From Eledone cirrhosa (Eukaryota), in NCBI GenBank assembly GCA_964016885.1, contig CAXHJY010001545.1, forward strand, positions 8,169-72,168: 64,000 bases of DNA, in the 5' to 3' direction. A program made the position numbers and the translations under genes. The notes under the pieces were generated by a model. That model was not told the origin of the DNA. It was given only the letters and a program-made list of their open reading frames with translations, and ran no database searches. Of this stretch, positions 1 to 13,162 are shown in pieces (positions within the stretch are counted from its first letter, which is position 1; every line of letters begins with the position of its first letter).

Positions 1-750
1 TGCAAACAATGGGTACACAAGAGATGTAGCGGGATCTCAGGAAGCTTAATTAAGAATGTAGGATTCACATGCAGCAGCTGTGCTGAAACAGCAAGCAAAC
101 AGCCACAGGAAACAAGTACCACCAATCTCTGGGAGGGCCCTGTAGAAACAGTAGACAGCTTCTGCTACCTAGGTGACCGAATTAGCAACGGAGGTGGGTG
201 CTCAGAAAGTACAATAACTAGGGTAAGAACGGGATGGAAGAAGTTTAGGGAACTACTACCACTGCTAGCTGCAAAAGGCTTCTCCCTCAGAATGAAAGGC
301 AGACTGTATGATGCGTGTATCCGAACAGCGATGTTGCATGGTAGTGAGACCTGGGCGCTGAAGGTGGAAGACTTACGTAGATTAGAGAGAAACGAAGCCT
401 GCATGCTCCGATGGATGTGTAACAGTAATATACGTGAACGACAAAGCATAAAGGAATTGAGAGAGAGACTGAGCATAAGAGGAATCAAATGCTGCGTGCA
501 GGAGAGGCGGTTACGCTGGTATGGACATGTGATGCGTATGAAGGATGACAGCTGCATAAAAAGGTGCAGAGCACTAGAAGTTGATGGAAACCGCGGAGTG
601 GGGAGACCCAAGATGACTTGGGATGAGGTGATAAAAGCCGACCTTACCCAACTACACCTCTCAAAGTCAATGACACACGACCGTGACTTCTGGCGTCACG
701 CAGTAATACAGGGTACCCGACCTCCCATGGGTACATGCTGAAGCATATAA
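1..750 (+). mobile_element. RTE-clade LINE, 3' part of RT ORF (runs off the window start)
   Basis: Frame is open from base 1 (CKQWVHKRCSG...FTCSSC...YLGDRIS...KGRLYDACIRTAMLHGSETW...[10 protein letters not shown]...GRPKMTW) to the stop at 741. This is a typical RTE C-terminus. A near-identical reverse copy lies at 63555-63815. Confidence 0.9.
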
Positions 751-929
751 ACAATATTAGGGAAAAAACTTGGTACATCTACATATGTATACGTGTGTGT
801 ATTCATATACATACTAGTATTTCAGTATACATATATGGATGTACATCTTTAACTTAATTGTTTAAGCGTCAGTCATACAAAAGTGAGTTACAAACGAAAC
901 GAAATTTAATTTCGTTTCGTTATTTGTTT

Positions 930-930
930 T

Positions 931-978
<48 letters not shown>

Positions 979-1208
979 TATATAATATATATATTATATA
1001 TATAATATATAATATATATATATAATATATATATAATATATAATAATATATATATATTATATATATATATAATATATAAATAAATATATATATATAATAT
1101 ATATATATAATATATATATATAATATATATATATATTATATATATATATATATATAAATAAATATATATATATAAATATATATAATATATATATATATAA
1201 TATATATG
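930..1208. repeat. (TA)n/(TAA) microsatellite
   Basis: Seen directly. Confidence 0.95.
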
Positions 1209-1503
1209 TGTGAATGAAGTAATTCCATCGGAAAGGTCCAGGAAAAAAGAGTGCTCTATGTAGGTAACAGAGCTTAATAGTTATGTAATAAACAACATAA
1301 AGCAATTATTCCATTTACCAGTGGTGTCTTAAAAGCAAAAAATTTTGCTTTTAATCCTCAGATGAAAAAATCCTGGTCTGTTTATTGAATTTGGATTTTA
1401 AAAACAAAAATGCAATCTATATGAAAGTGAGGCTGGAGAAAGAAGAAGCAAAGGAAAAATAAAATAAAACCATACATGCAAACACACACACAAATGCATA
1501 CAT

Positions 1504-1569
<66 letters not shown>

Positions 1570-1639
1570 ATACTTTGGGAGGGTCATGTTGCCAATAAGA
1601 AACACACGCACCAGTTGCTTTCACTTCAATTTATTATAA

Positions 1640-4600
1640 TAAATTTATAAATTTTTGGTTGGTTGGTTGGTTCCACAACCAGATAGTTGTTTATATATTG
1701 TCATAGTTCTTTCGTCACGCACTCTGTGACCTCTTCAGTGACTGGGGATTCTTTTCTTTGTTTTTGTGCCTCTCCTTTGTTCTGTCCTACGCCATTTTGT
1801 TTCTGTGTGTGTGTTGTGTGCTCAGTCTGCGCATGCGCCACATCCGGGTGTCTGTGTGTGTTTATGTTCATTTATTTATTTGTTTATTTACATGTTACTG
1901 GTTGGTTGTTTGTTCTATGTGTGTGTGTGTTTTCATTTTGTCCTTAATTGTAAGTTGTGATGTTGCTGTTCCACTCATATTTTCTATTTAATTTTGGTTG
2001 TAATTCTTTTATGTTTATTGACTCTGTGATTTGTCTAAACATTGCGTCTTTTCTGTGTGTAGATTCTATTTTTATTTCTATGTTCTCTAATTTACCCTTG
2101 TGTTCTATTTTAGCATGTTGGTAGAGTACAGATGATTCTTTACTATCTTGAAGGTCTCGCCAGTGTTCATTTATCCGTTCCCCTACACTACGAGCTGTCT
2201 CACCTATGTACACTATATTTTTGTCTCTACATTGTCCTTCAGTACATCTTATGCTATACACTACATTTCTAGTTTTACAGTTAATATGGGGGCTTATTTT
2301 ACAGGTTATACATTTCTTATCTATACATGAGGGTCTTTGAAAAGGGTATGTCTTGCTAATAAGTGTTTTTACGGAGGTACCTGGTCTTTCTACTATCTTA
2401 ATATTGAGTTTATGTTTATCTAGGGCCCTTCTAAATTTGTAAGTTAATTCACCTCTAGGGGTTGTATCGATGAACATTACACTCTGGTATTTATTGCTAT
2501 CATACCATGAGTTTATTCTATTAGCCTTGTTCCTAGTTCTTTCTATTCTATTCCAAAATTTGCTCCTATACAAGGGGCAGGTCCCATTTATGTCATTATT
2601 TACCATTTTTTCCCATTTGGTTCTGGCTCCTCTATACACTCTGATTTTATCTCTCTGATTGTAGCCAGAGAACTGCATACAGTGGATGAAGTGTTGTATG
2701 TGTCTCTCTAGTTCTTCGGGGTTGCACATGCGGGACATGTTTCTCATCACCCGTACCAAATCCGCAATCAGTATGTTGATTTTGGTATGGTCCGAAACGG
2801 CCGAGTTTCGGTGGATCAGATGTTTGGAAGTCATGGGTTTGGCATAATGGGAATGGAGGATTTGTTTTTGGTTATTAATGGTATCTAACCAGAGCTCTGT
2901 GTCTAGTACAGGTAATCGATGGTTGGGGTGTTTACTTGGGTAGTCTATAGTAACTCTAATACTCTGGTGGATGGAGTTAGCTATTTGCTGGATGCTTTCC
3001 ATTGTGTTTTTCTCTAGTTCCTGACTGTTCTCTAGTGGGGGTGTCTTAACTACGATGTTTATATCATCAACGTAGCGGGAGTACATTATCAGGGTTGAGG
3101 GGTCTTCTAATTGTTCTTTAAGTTTAAAGTTTAAGTCTACTGTCACACCATACCATGAATAAGCTAGCTATGTCGCCTGCAATGCTAACACCAATGGCTG
3201 CTCCTTCCTCTTGGGCATATGTTTTTCCATTAAATTTGAACATATGTTCCTTAAGGGTTAGTTTTATGCTGGCCCCTACCGCATGTGCAATCATTTTCTT
3301 CAGTTCATCGTGGTTTTCGGGTGTCCATATGGCTCTGGTCCACCCGTTCCATCTATCTGTGTGGGTTTTCTTGGCCATTGAGGTAATGGTAGGTGGTCTG
3401 CCTCTTGCTGGTCTTGTAGGGCACAGGTTGCTAAGGTCATATGTGTCTAGGTAATTATTACTATAGGTAAGTTTAAGTAGGAGTCCCAGCTCACTGGTAT
3501 CAATCCCACGGAACTCAACATTGCTCTCACTGATCATTTCTACGCATTTCTCCACAGCAAAATCCACGTCAATAGATGGATACAGGGACACAACATCCAT
3601 ACTACCTATTATGCAGTTTGTTAGGTCCCTAGATCGGTTACACTCGCCGATTCTGCTGAGGAGGTCCTCCGTGCTGTCACATACATCTGGGGACATTTCA
3701 ATGATGGGGTGTATGATCAGGGAGAGGAAGTAGGACAGTCTGTAGTTACTAGCAATGTTAGCTCCACAGACTGGCCGTGTTGGTGGTCCCGTGACAGGGT
3801 CACTGCCCGTTTTATGGTCTTTTCGAAGCCCATACAATGCCGCCACGTCATTGTTCCAGGCCTGGAAGTTGTTGGCAGTCCTTTTGTTGGGCTGCATTAT
3901 ATTCGTCCACATCACCATATGGGCATTGAGGGCTTTTTCTCTATCCTCATGCTCCTGTGGTGTTACCTCTCTTGTGTTAGTGATGTGGGGTTGCATTGCC
4001 TGGATGTAGTTTGGCAGGCTGTCAACCGACATTCTGCCAGACTTGTCTGTTGGAAAGCATGCTATCTCTCCATTACGCGAGCGCTGCATGAGCTTACGCA
4101 AGCCATTTGCAGATTTTTCTCCCAGTTGCTGGGCCTCCATTCTATTATGCTTCTTGCTATACTGCTCTATAATATTTCTAAGTTCGGATCTAGCTATACT
4201 AAATTGTGCTTCTGTTTGTTCATCGACCTGCGACGGCAATTGCGTGCGTTTGTTAAATGGTAAAGTCATGGCGTGGACTCGTCGCAGGTCGAACGATTTA
4301 TCGGAGGGATTATAAAAAGTAGAGTTCCAGGCTGCTGCTTTATGTGTACTAGTGCTATTGTTATTGTTAGTTGTGTTGTTTCTATTTCTATTTCCACCAA
4401 CAGCCTCATGGTTGTTTCTATGTCTCTCATAATTACTCCTGTCTCTTTCCACTGGCTCATTGTTGTTATCTACCCTATTTTGTGTGCCTGTGTGTTCGTC
4501 TTGGTTATTTTCTTTGTCCTTAGTCTCCCTTCTCCTTTTAATCCTATTACTTTCCCTTATTTCTATGATTTCTGTGCTACTGTCATTACTTGTTTTCTGT

Positions 4601-5350
4601 GTCTGTGTGTTTGTTAAGATTGTGGTGGTGGTGAGAGGCATTGAATGTGTGTGTTGTTGTTGTTGTTGTTGTTGATGTGTGTTGTTGTTGTCTCCGTGTG
4701 TGTTATTATTGTTGTGTGTGTTGTTATTGTTGTTTGTGTCTGCGTGTCTGCGTGTCTGTTGTTGGTGTGTGTTGTTGTTATTGTTGTTTGTGTCTGTGTG
4801 TCTGTTGTTGTTGGGATGTGTGTGCGTATATTGTTACTTTTGTTTTTGTTTTTGAGGCTCCAACGTAGTTTTGTAAATGATTTTTCTATTTCTGACAGAC
4901 AACTAATCATATTTACCTTCTTGAATGTCGCAAATTTCGGTGGTAGAACTAATACAGATAACTCATCGTCATCTATTACCGTGTTGCCGTATATATTTGT
5001 GTTGTTGTTGAACTCATCTGTTAATGAGGTGTCGGCCATATTTATACCGTCAATTTTGTCGGGATATCTATTGGTATTCTCTACAGTATCCTGATTTAGC
5101 TTTATCTGCTTAAGCCACTTTAGTTTCTTGTTAAAGGGCTTATCACATTCTTGAGTAATGTACTGTTCTTCAGGACGTATAAGGCTTATAAATATTAGTT
5201 TCTCTCTTGGTGTGGTGATCCTAGCTATTTCTTGTATTAGGTTACGCTTATGTTTTTCTTGATGACTTAATTCTCTATAGATCTTTTTTATGTTTAGAAT
5301 TAGTGTTCGTTTTAGCCTATCTGCTTGTTTTTTGGTGAGTTGTAATCTTA
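1640..5350 (-). mobile_element. Penelope-like retroelement (RT + C-terminal GIY-YIG endonuclease), Neptune-like, frameshifted
   Basis: Three consecutive minus ORFs (4614-5411, 3124-4641, 1944-3146). Motifs: LPPKF, PTDKSG, GSMDVVSLYPSI, YAQEEGAAIG, YSRYVDD, Cys linker CIDKKCITC, VYSIRC...YIGETARS...RINEH. Frameshifts fall at a (CAA)n tract near 4650 and a short ttaaact duplication near 3125. An HHR sits in the 3' UTR. Confidence 0.88.
1700..1742 (-). ncRNA. Minimal type I hammerhead ribozyme in PLE 3' pLTR
   Basis: Minus strand reads GUCA-CUGAAGA-G-GUCAC(agagugc)GUGAC-GAAA-GAAC-UA/UGAC. Stems I and II pair and the core is intact. Confidence 0.8.
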
Positions 5351-5366
5351 ATATATATATATATAT

Positions 5367-5555
5367 AATTGTTTCTACTTTAGGCACAAGGCCAGCAATT
5401 ACCCACTGCATTACTGGTACTTTATTTTATCGACCCCGTAAGGATGAAAGGCAAAGTCAACCTCGGCGGGATTTGAACTCAGATCGTAAAGAGACGTAAC
5501 TATGCTGGAAAGCATGGCGTCCGACCCTCTACCGATACTGCCAATCCACCGTCCT
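5367..5555 (-). mobile_element. tRNA-derived SINE with Nin/Deu-like central domain
   Basis: Minus strand has an A-box-like TGGCAGTATCGG, B-box GAGTTCAAATCC, and GCCTTTCATCCTTACGGGGTCGATAAAATAAAGTACCAG. Second copy at 41804-41980. Confidence 0.75.
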
Positions 5556-5588
<33 letters not shown>

Positions 5589-5740
5589 TATATAATATAA
5601 TATAATATAATATAATATAATATAATATAATATAATATATATATAACAGTTATCTCTCTCACCAGTCTATTCACCTATATATATATATATAAGACTGTTA
5701 TCTCTCTAACCAGTCTATTCACCATCAATAACTACTCTAT

Positions 5741-6165
5741 CATCATCATCATCATCGTTTAACGTCCATCTTCCACGCTTGCATGGTTTGGACGGGAGTT
5801 TTCCTGCTCGTATAGGACTGTCTGGCGGGTTTTCTACGGCTGGATGCCCTTCCTAACACCAGCCACGTTTACAGTGTGGACTGGGAGGTTTTTACCGTGT
5901 TACCTACACGGCCACATTACAGCGTGGACTGTGTGTTTTTTTGTCGTGACACCTACACGTCTGGCGGGTTTTCTACGTTTGGGTGTCCTTCCTAACACCA
6001 ACCACGTTTACAGTGTGGACTGGGAGGTTTTTACTGTGTTACCTACACGGCCACATTACAGCGTGGACTGTGTTTTTTTGTCGTGACACCTTCACGACCT
6101 CATTTGTTTCGGACTGGATGTTGTGGTACCAATATAACTTCACATTTAAGGGGGTGTATTTTTGT
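5741..6165 (-). mobile_element. RTE LINE 3' UTR fragment with (GAT)n tail
   Basis: Reverse match to the 3' UTR at 46260-46683, including an internal ~100-bp duplication. Confidence 0.75.
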
Positions 6166-6517
6166 TATATATATATATATATATATATAAATAAGACCGT
6201 TATCTCTCCAGCCAGTCTATTCACCATCAATAACTACCCTATATATATATATATATAAATAAGACCGGTATCTCTCCAGCCAGTCTATTCACCATCAATA
6301 ACTACCCTATATATATATATACAAACAAGCAAGTAGGGCCATCAAATACATAAATCCGATTTACATAGATATACCTAGAACACACGCAAAGCAATCATCA
6401 AATCTAAACTGGTAAATAATACACTCCTTAAAACAGCCAATTACAAATTAAATGTCTGTATTAGAACTAAGACATCCTCCATAATCCCTACCCCAGATAT
6501 CATCTATATTTACCAAT

Positions 6518-6567
<50 letters not shown>

Positions 6568-6734
6568 TATACATATATCATCATTTTATGTCCACTTCCT
6601 GGAATGGGATGAATGGACTGTTACAGTCTAAGACCGGACATCTTGTTTATACATTCCATATTTGGGTTTCTATGGATGGATGATTTTCAAAATGCCAACC
6701 ACTTTGCATATATATATATATACATATATATAAG

Positions 6735-6935
6735 TGATGAGGATGAAGATGATGGTAATGATTAGTATGATGAAGATAAGGATGGTAATGATGGTGATGG
6801 TAGTGATGATAATGATGATGATAAGGATGGTAATGATGGTGATGGTAATGATGATAATGATGGTGATGGTAGTGATGATAATGATGATGATAAGGATTGT
6901 AATGATAAAGATGAAGTGTTGATGGTGATAATGAT
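6735..6935. repeat. (GAT/GGT/AAT)n trinucleotide repeat
   Basis: Seen directly. It explains the His-rich and Met-rich ORFs here. Confidence 0.9.
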
Positions 6936-7145
6936 AAAAGCGTATGGTTCTCAGCAGCCAGTGTATGTGTGTGAAAATGAGTCAATTATTGATTAATTAC
7001 AACTTTCTGTAAAAGCAATGTCACAACTGGACTCTTAGTCACGCCTGGTTGCTGATTTACAGTTGTAAACACTAAAATATATGATGGTAACCTTGGTTAC
7101 TACTTTCATCTCAGAGATTTTCTGACAATACTTTAGTTCATACAT

Positions 7146-7180
<35 letters not shown>

Positions 7181-7214
7181 GTTTATACATACACGCACAC
7201 ATATATATATATAC

Positions 7215-7497
7215 AGACCGGGTGTTGTGTTGTTTCCTTGAGCAAGACACTTTATTTCACATTACTCCAGTTTACTCAGCTGTAGAAATGAGATGATAGG
7301 GACTGGGGTCCCTATCATTCCACTGCAAAGTGGTCGTGGAGGTGCCACAACAATAAAGCACCCAGCACTCACTGTAAATGAGGTTGGTGTTAGGAAGGGC
7401 ATCCAGCTGTAGAAATCAAGCCAGAATCAGTTTCCGTCCTACCCTTGCAAGCAGGGAAAAAGCGGATGTAAAATGAAATGATGATGATGATGATGAT
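7215..7497 (+). mobile_element. 5'-truncated SINE with RTE-type 3' tail
   Basis: Matches 39068-39325 (ccttgagcaagacactttatttcac ... ggaagggcatccagctgtagaaa ... (GAT)n). Confidence 0.7.
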
Positions 7498-7611
7498 ATA
7501 TATATTGAAAGAGAGGGAAGGGATAGAAAGAGAGAGAGAGAGAAAGAGAGATGTGTTAAATCCCAACCATGGGTTCAAGAGGTTTCGGCATATATATACA
7601 TAAGTTTATAC

Positions 7612-7930
7612 CATCATCATCAACATTTTTACGCCCGTTTTTCCACACTTGCATGGGTTGGACAGGTCCCTCCCACATTTCTTCATCTCCTCTGTGAGTC
7701 TTAGTGATTCGAAGTCAGCTCTCGCCACCTCTGCCCAGGTCTTTCTTGGTCTTCCTCTATTTCAGCTTCCTTCCATTGGGATTTCCTGGCATTTCTTCAC
7801 CCATCCGTCATTGTCCATAACAATGCAGTCTTCTCACCTGCACACCACTTCAGATTCCTCTTAAACTCAACTTCTCCCTCAACTCATCAAAGCTCTGCCA
7901 TTCTATCACACTTAGATTATACATCCAATG
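7612..7930 (-). mobile_element. Degenerate RTE 3' fragment
   Basis: Reverse similarity to 37960-38322 and 29060-29365. Confidence 0.65.
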
Positions 7931-8577
7931 AAGAGAGAGAGATAGGAATAAAACATAGTGATCAGCAGATAATGAGAGAATGAGGAGCAGAAGTTTGCTC
8001 AAATAATTTATATAGAAACTGCCTTCATTTGCACAAACAATATCCTGTTAAATCTATCAGTGGGAAAATATATATTGATGGATAAATCAGATTCCATCAT
8101 GGACTGAAACTATTTATAAATCATATCTAATTAACTTTCTTAATTACACACAGACAGACACACACACAAACACAGACCACCACCACCATCATCATTTAAT
8201 GTCCATTTTCTTTCCACACTAGCATGGGTTAGATGGGTTATCCTGTTTGAGGTAAGTCGGGTCAGGTGACCATGTCTTGCTCATACAGAATTGTTTCTGG
8301 CTTGGTTTCTACGGCTGGATGCCCTTCCTAACGGCAACTACATTAACAGTGTGGACTGGGTGCTTTTTGTCATGGCACCTACACAACCACTTTACAATGT
8401 GGACTGGGTGTTTTTGTCATGATACCTACATGATCACTTTACAGTGTGAGGTGTTAAAACAGGGGTGGGACGTTAGGACGTGGGTGGGGTGTTAGGACGT
8501 GCAAGTGGGGAGAAACGTGGAGAAATGGAGGGGTATTAATTAGATGAGCTCTCTTGAAGACATCAATTATAACTTAC

Positions 8578-8730
8578 CTGCATCATGTGCTCTATTTCGT
8601 TAATGACCTCATCAGCAGTAGCCACATGGCCTTCATCTGTGTTAAGACTAGAAATAATCAGAGAGTGCATATCAAAGGCTTCTGCCAGTTCATCATCGTC
8701 AGGTAAATCCAGATCAGTTGTATCTGTTTC
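8578..8730 (-). CDS. FEZ/unc-76: Internal coding exon of a fasciculation and elongation protein zeta (FEZ1/FEZ2/UNC-76) family gene
   Basis: ttttgcag|GAA...CAG|gtaagt, 153 nt, phase 0/0. Encodes ETDTTDLDLPDDDELAEAFDMHSLIISSLNTDEGHVATADEVINEIEHMMQ, which matches the FEZ motif D-E-L-x3-DMHS-x-I...TADxVIxEIExMMQ. Confidence 0.9.
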
Positions 8731-8759
8731 CTGCAAAATAAATGATAAAGAAATAGTTA

Positions 8760-10675
8760 TTTGTGATATAATAAGGCTACATTAAGTTGTAATATAATGA
8801 GGCTACATTAAGTTGTAATATAATGAGGCTACATTAAGTTGTAATATAATGAGGCTACATTAAGTTGTAATATAATGAGGCTACATTAAGTTGTAATATA
8901 ATGAGGCTACATTAAGTTGTAATATAATGAGGCTACATTAAGTTGTAATATAATGAGGCTACATTTAGTTGTAATATAATGAGGCTACATTTAGTTGTAA
9001 TATAATAAGGCTACATTAAATTGTAATATAATAAGGCTACATTAAATTGTAATATAATAAGGCTACATTAAGTTGTAATATAATAAGGCTACATTAAGTT
9101 GTAATATAATAAGGCTACATTAAGTTGTAATATAATAAGGCCACATTAAGTTGTAATATAATAAGGCCACATTAAGTTGTAATATAATAAGGCCACATTA
9201 AGTTGTGATATAATAAGGCCACATTAAGTTGTGATATAATAAGGCCACATTAAGTTGTGATATAATGAGGCCACATTAAGTTGTGATATAATGAGGCTAC
9301 ATTAAGTTGTGATATAATGAGGCTACATTAAGTTGTAATATAATAAGGTCACATTAAGTTGTGATATAATAAGGCCACATTAAGTTGTAATATAATAAGG
9401 CCACATTAAGTTGTGATATAATAAGGCCACATTAAGTTGTGATATAATAAGGCCACATTAAGTTGTGATATAATAAGGCCACATTAAGTTGTGATATAAT
9501 AAGGCCACATTAAGTTGTAATATAATAAGGCCACATTAAGTTGTGATATAATGAGGCTACATTAAGTTGTAATATAATAAGGCTACATTAAGTTGTAATG
9601 TAATAAGGCTACATTAAGTTGTAATGTAATAAGGCTACATTAAGTTGTAATATAATAAGGCCACATTAAGTTGTGATATAATGAGGCTACATTAAGTTGT
9701 AATATAATAAGGCTACATTAAGTTGTAATGTAATAAGGCTACATTAAGTTGTAATATAATAAGGCTACATTAAGTTGTAATATAATAAGGCCACATTAAG
9801 TTGTGATATAATGAGGCTACATTAAGTTGTAATATAATAAGGCTACATTAAGTTGTAATGTAATAAGGCTACATTAAGTTGTAATGTAATAAGGCTACAT
9901 TAAGTTGTAATATAATAAGGCTACATTAAGTTGTAATATAATAAGGCTACATTAAGTTGTAATATAATAAGGCTACATTAAGTTGTAATATAATAAGGCT
10001 ACATTAAGTTGTAATATAATAAGGCTACATTAAGTTGTAATATAATAAGGCTACATTAAGTTGATATAATAAGGCCACATTAAGTTGATATAATAAGGCC
10101 ACATTAAGTTGATATAATAAGGCCACATTAAGTTGTGATATAATAAGGCCACATTAAGTTGTGATATAATAAGGCCACATTAAGTTGTGATATAATAAGG
10201 CCACATTAAGTTGTAATATAATAAGGCCACATTAAGTTGTGATATAATAAGGCCACATTAAGTTGTGATATAATAAGGCCACATTAAGTTGTGATATAAT
10301 AAGGCCACATTAAGTTGTGATATAATAAGGCCACATTAAGTTGATATAATAAGGCCACATTAAGTTGTGATATAATAAGGCCACATTAAGTTGTGATATA
10401 ATAAGGCCACATTAAGTTGTGATATAATAAGGCCACATTAAGTTGTGATATAATAAGGCCACATTAAGTTGTGATATAATAAGGTCCATTAAGGTGTAAT
10501 ATAATAAGGCTACATTAAGTTGTAATATAATAAGGCCACATTAAGTTGTGATATAATAAGGCTACATTAAGTTGTAATATAATAAGGCTACATTAAGTTG
10601 TAATATAATGATTTCTAGTATTAAGTTGTAAAATAATAAGGCCACATTAAGTTACTTGTGGTATAATAAGGCCGC
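8760..10675. repeat. 26-bp minisatellite (attaagttgtaatataataaggctac), ~70 copies
   Basis: Period 26 seen directly, with variant units. Confidence 0.95.
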
Positions 10676-11396
10676 ATTCAGGAAACCTTAATTATATATT
10701 CTTAAAATCTATTTCATTTTGTAAAAATCTAATTATGTATTAATTATCTAAAAACGAAGTCAATCAGGAATATAATGAACATTCTAGAATCACATTAGAA
10801 CTAAAACATGAGCATAGAAAGTGCTGAAATGTTCCTTATGATCTCCTAATTCTTTAATTCTGACTGTCTGTCAGTGTGGATTATTTCATTGAATTTTCTT
10901 TTACTCTTTGGTATTTAAAATATGATTATCTTATAGTTTAAATTAAAATAAGAGATAAACAAAAATATATTAATAAAGAAAAAAATGGGTTGGTAATTTT
11001 CTATTCTTTCAAAAGGCAACACAGAATAGTATAGAAGATCACATGTAGCCTTAAGGCCACACAGAATAGCATGGAAGACCACATAGGGCCTTAAGGCCAC
11101 ACAGCATAGCATAGAAGACCACATAGGGCCTTAAGGCCACACAGCATAGCATAGAAGACTACCTAGAGCCTTAAGGCCACACAGCATAGCATAGAAGACC
11201 ACATAGGGCCTTAAGGCCACACAGCATAGCATAAAAGACTACCTAGGGCCTTGAGGCCACATAGGGCCTTAAGGCCACACAGAATGGCATAGAAGACCAC
11301 ATAGGGCCTTAAGGCCACACAGAATGTCATAGAAGACCACATAGAGCCTTAAGGCCACACAGAATGGCATAGAAGGCTGCAGGTTCCCCATCTCTG
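10650..11396 (-). mobile_element. Non-autonomous DNA transposon (hAT-like) remnant
   Basis: Minus-strand end CAGAGATGGGGAACCTGCAGCC resembles hAT TIRs. Interior 10780-10920 is an inverted copy of 27226-27370. Confidence 0.55.
11025..11378. repeat. 40-bp minisatellite containing palindrome GGCCTTAAGGCC, ~9 copies
   Basis: Period 40 seen directly. Confidence 0.9.
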
Positions 11397-11929
11397 TTTT
11401 AGAAGATTAATTTTCAACAGCTAGTTAGCACAATAGAAACATCCCATTATTAATTTTATAAATTTTCTCACTAATCTGATTAAAAAACATAGAACAAACT
11501 CTTTACAAATAAATAATCAATTCTATAAAAATAATTTCATTAAATTGAGGTAAATAATAAGCAGTTTTTTGTTTACTAGTAAAATAAACATAATTTCAAG
11601 AACCCAAAATACTGTTTTGTGTCACATGATAGACACTATATTCACCATTTGATGTTTGTCACAAGCTGGATATCTATATACTTATAAAAAGGAAGTGCTT
11701 TTGTTTGTAAGTTGACCACTAATAACACTAAATAACATTGAAAATAATTAAGGTTGTTCATGGGTTTTCAATTAATCTGTCCTCCAACAGGCCCACTGTC
11801 AAATTATTTTCTGAAAACGAAATGGTGGTGGTGTGTGTGTGGGGTGGGGGTTGAGTTCTTTGTAACTTTCAGTTTTATTATTGACCAATTCAATAGTTTC
11901 TTCACATTAATATCTTAATATGAAGGTAT

Positions 11930-12210
11930 ACAGACTAGAGGCATTAGAGTGTTGGGCTCAAGTCAAGATCATTATAGTGTAGGTTCAATTCCTGGGCATG
12001 GTGGGAGTACTGTTTCTTGAGCAAAATACTTCATTTCACCAGTCAACTCAGCTGAAAATGAGTACCAACAGTTTGAGTTGGGGTGAGTGGTAAATCCTGA
12101 ATGTTTTGTCAGCCAGTCCAGGATAGTGACTTATACTCTCGGTTGTTTAATGCCAATGAAACCAGAAAAACCACTGGCCTAATATTTGTTTTGGCTTGGG
12201 ACTGACTTTA
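11930..12210 (+). mobile_element. Degenerate tRNA-derived SINE
   Basis: B-box-like GGTTCAATTCC followed by ttcttgagcaaaatacttcatttcac...ctcagctgaaaatgagtacc. Confidence 0.55.
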
Positions 12211-12499
12211 ATATTTTAAATTAAAATGCAGAAGACCACAGATGGGTGGAGGTGGTGAAAGCTGACCTCAGATTGTTGAAGCTCACAGAGGAGAGGATGA
12301 AGGACCATGACAAATGGAGAGATGTGCTGAAGAGGACCCATTCCACCCGCATAAGCAGGGAAAAGTGGATGTAAAATGATGATAATGATATACAATTTCA
12401 ATACTTTTCTTAATTAAGCAAAATATTGTAATGATTCAACTTTTTAATCAGTTTCTTTAGTCAATAACTTTGATCTGAGGGAAGAGTGGCGAAGATCAT

Positions 12500-12810
12500 G
12501 GAATGAGTCCAAATTTGCCAACCAAGACTTCATCCAGGACCCAACATCTAAACTAACCAGCTTTGACCATCCCAGAAAACAATGGGCATCCCTTAATCAG
12601 ATCTGCAAAACACATGTCAGGACAACTCAGCATGTGACTGTGGGGACCCTGACCAGACAGTACTGCATGTTGTTCAGGATTGCTCCCTCAAACGTTTTCC
12701 CTGACAGCTTGGAGACAATCCATATTACTACAAATGATGTGTTGGTCTGACTCGCTAGTCTCAACCTGTGTCTCTAACTATTGTGTACATGTCATATGAC
12801 AAAAAAAGAA
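12500..12810 (+). mobile_element. Degenerate non-LTR retrotransposon 3' remnant
   Basis: Translates to CDCGDPDQTVLHVVQDC, a CCHC-type C-terminal motif, and ends in an A-rich tail near 12800. Confidence 0.45.
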
Positions 12811-13162
12811 GTCAGTTTCTTAACTTATTTGGATTTAATGCATTTTGTTCCTTTTGAAGACTTCAGTTTTCCTGTTTCACAGGGTCTTTCTTAATTTTAT
12901 CAGGTAATAATACAAAGATACATTTTTTTCTTATTTTGTTTTTATTGTTTAGTCAGGAAGGGAAGTAGAAGGAAGATATGGTGGAGAGGACCAAGCCAAC
13001 CCATACAAACATGGAGGAAAGATATAAAACAGTGATGATATTGTTGTACATCTTACAGTTATATTACACTCAACAAAAATGAGAATACCACCACATAACT
13101 AACATCTGGGGAGAAAATAACATGAAATCATTTAATATATATACTGTAGTATATATATATAT

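Noticed and set aside
6647-6985. His-rich protein ORF
   Set aside because: It is a product of a trinucleotide repeat, with no splice or homology support.
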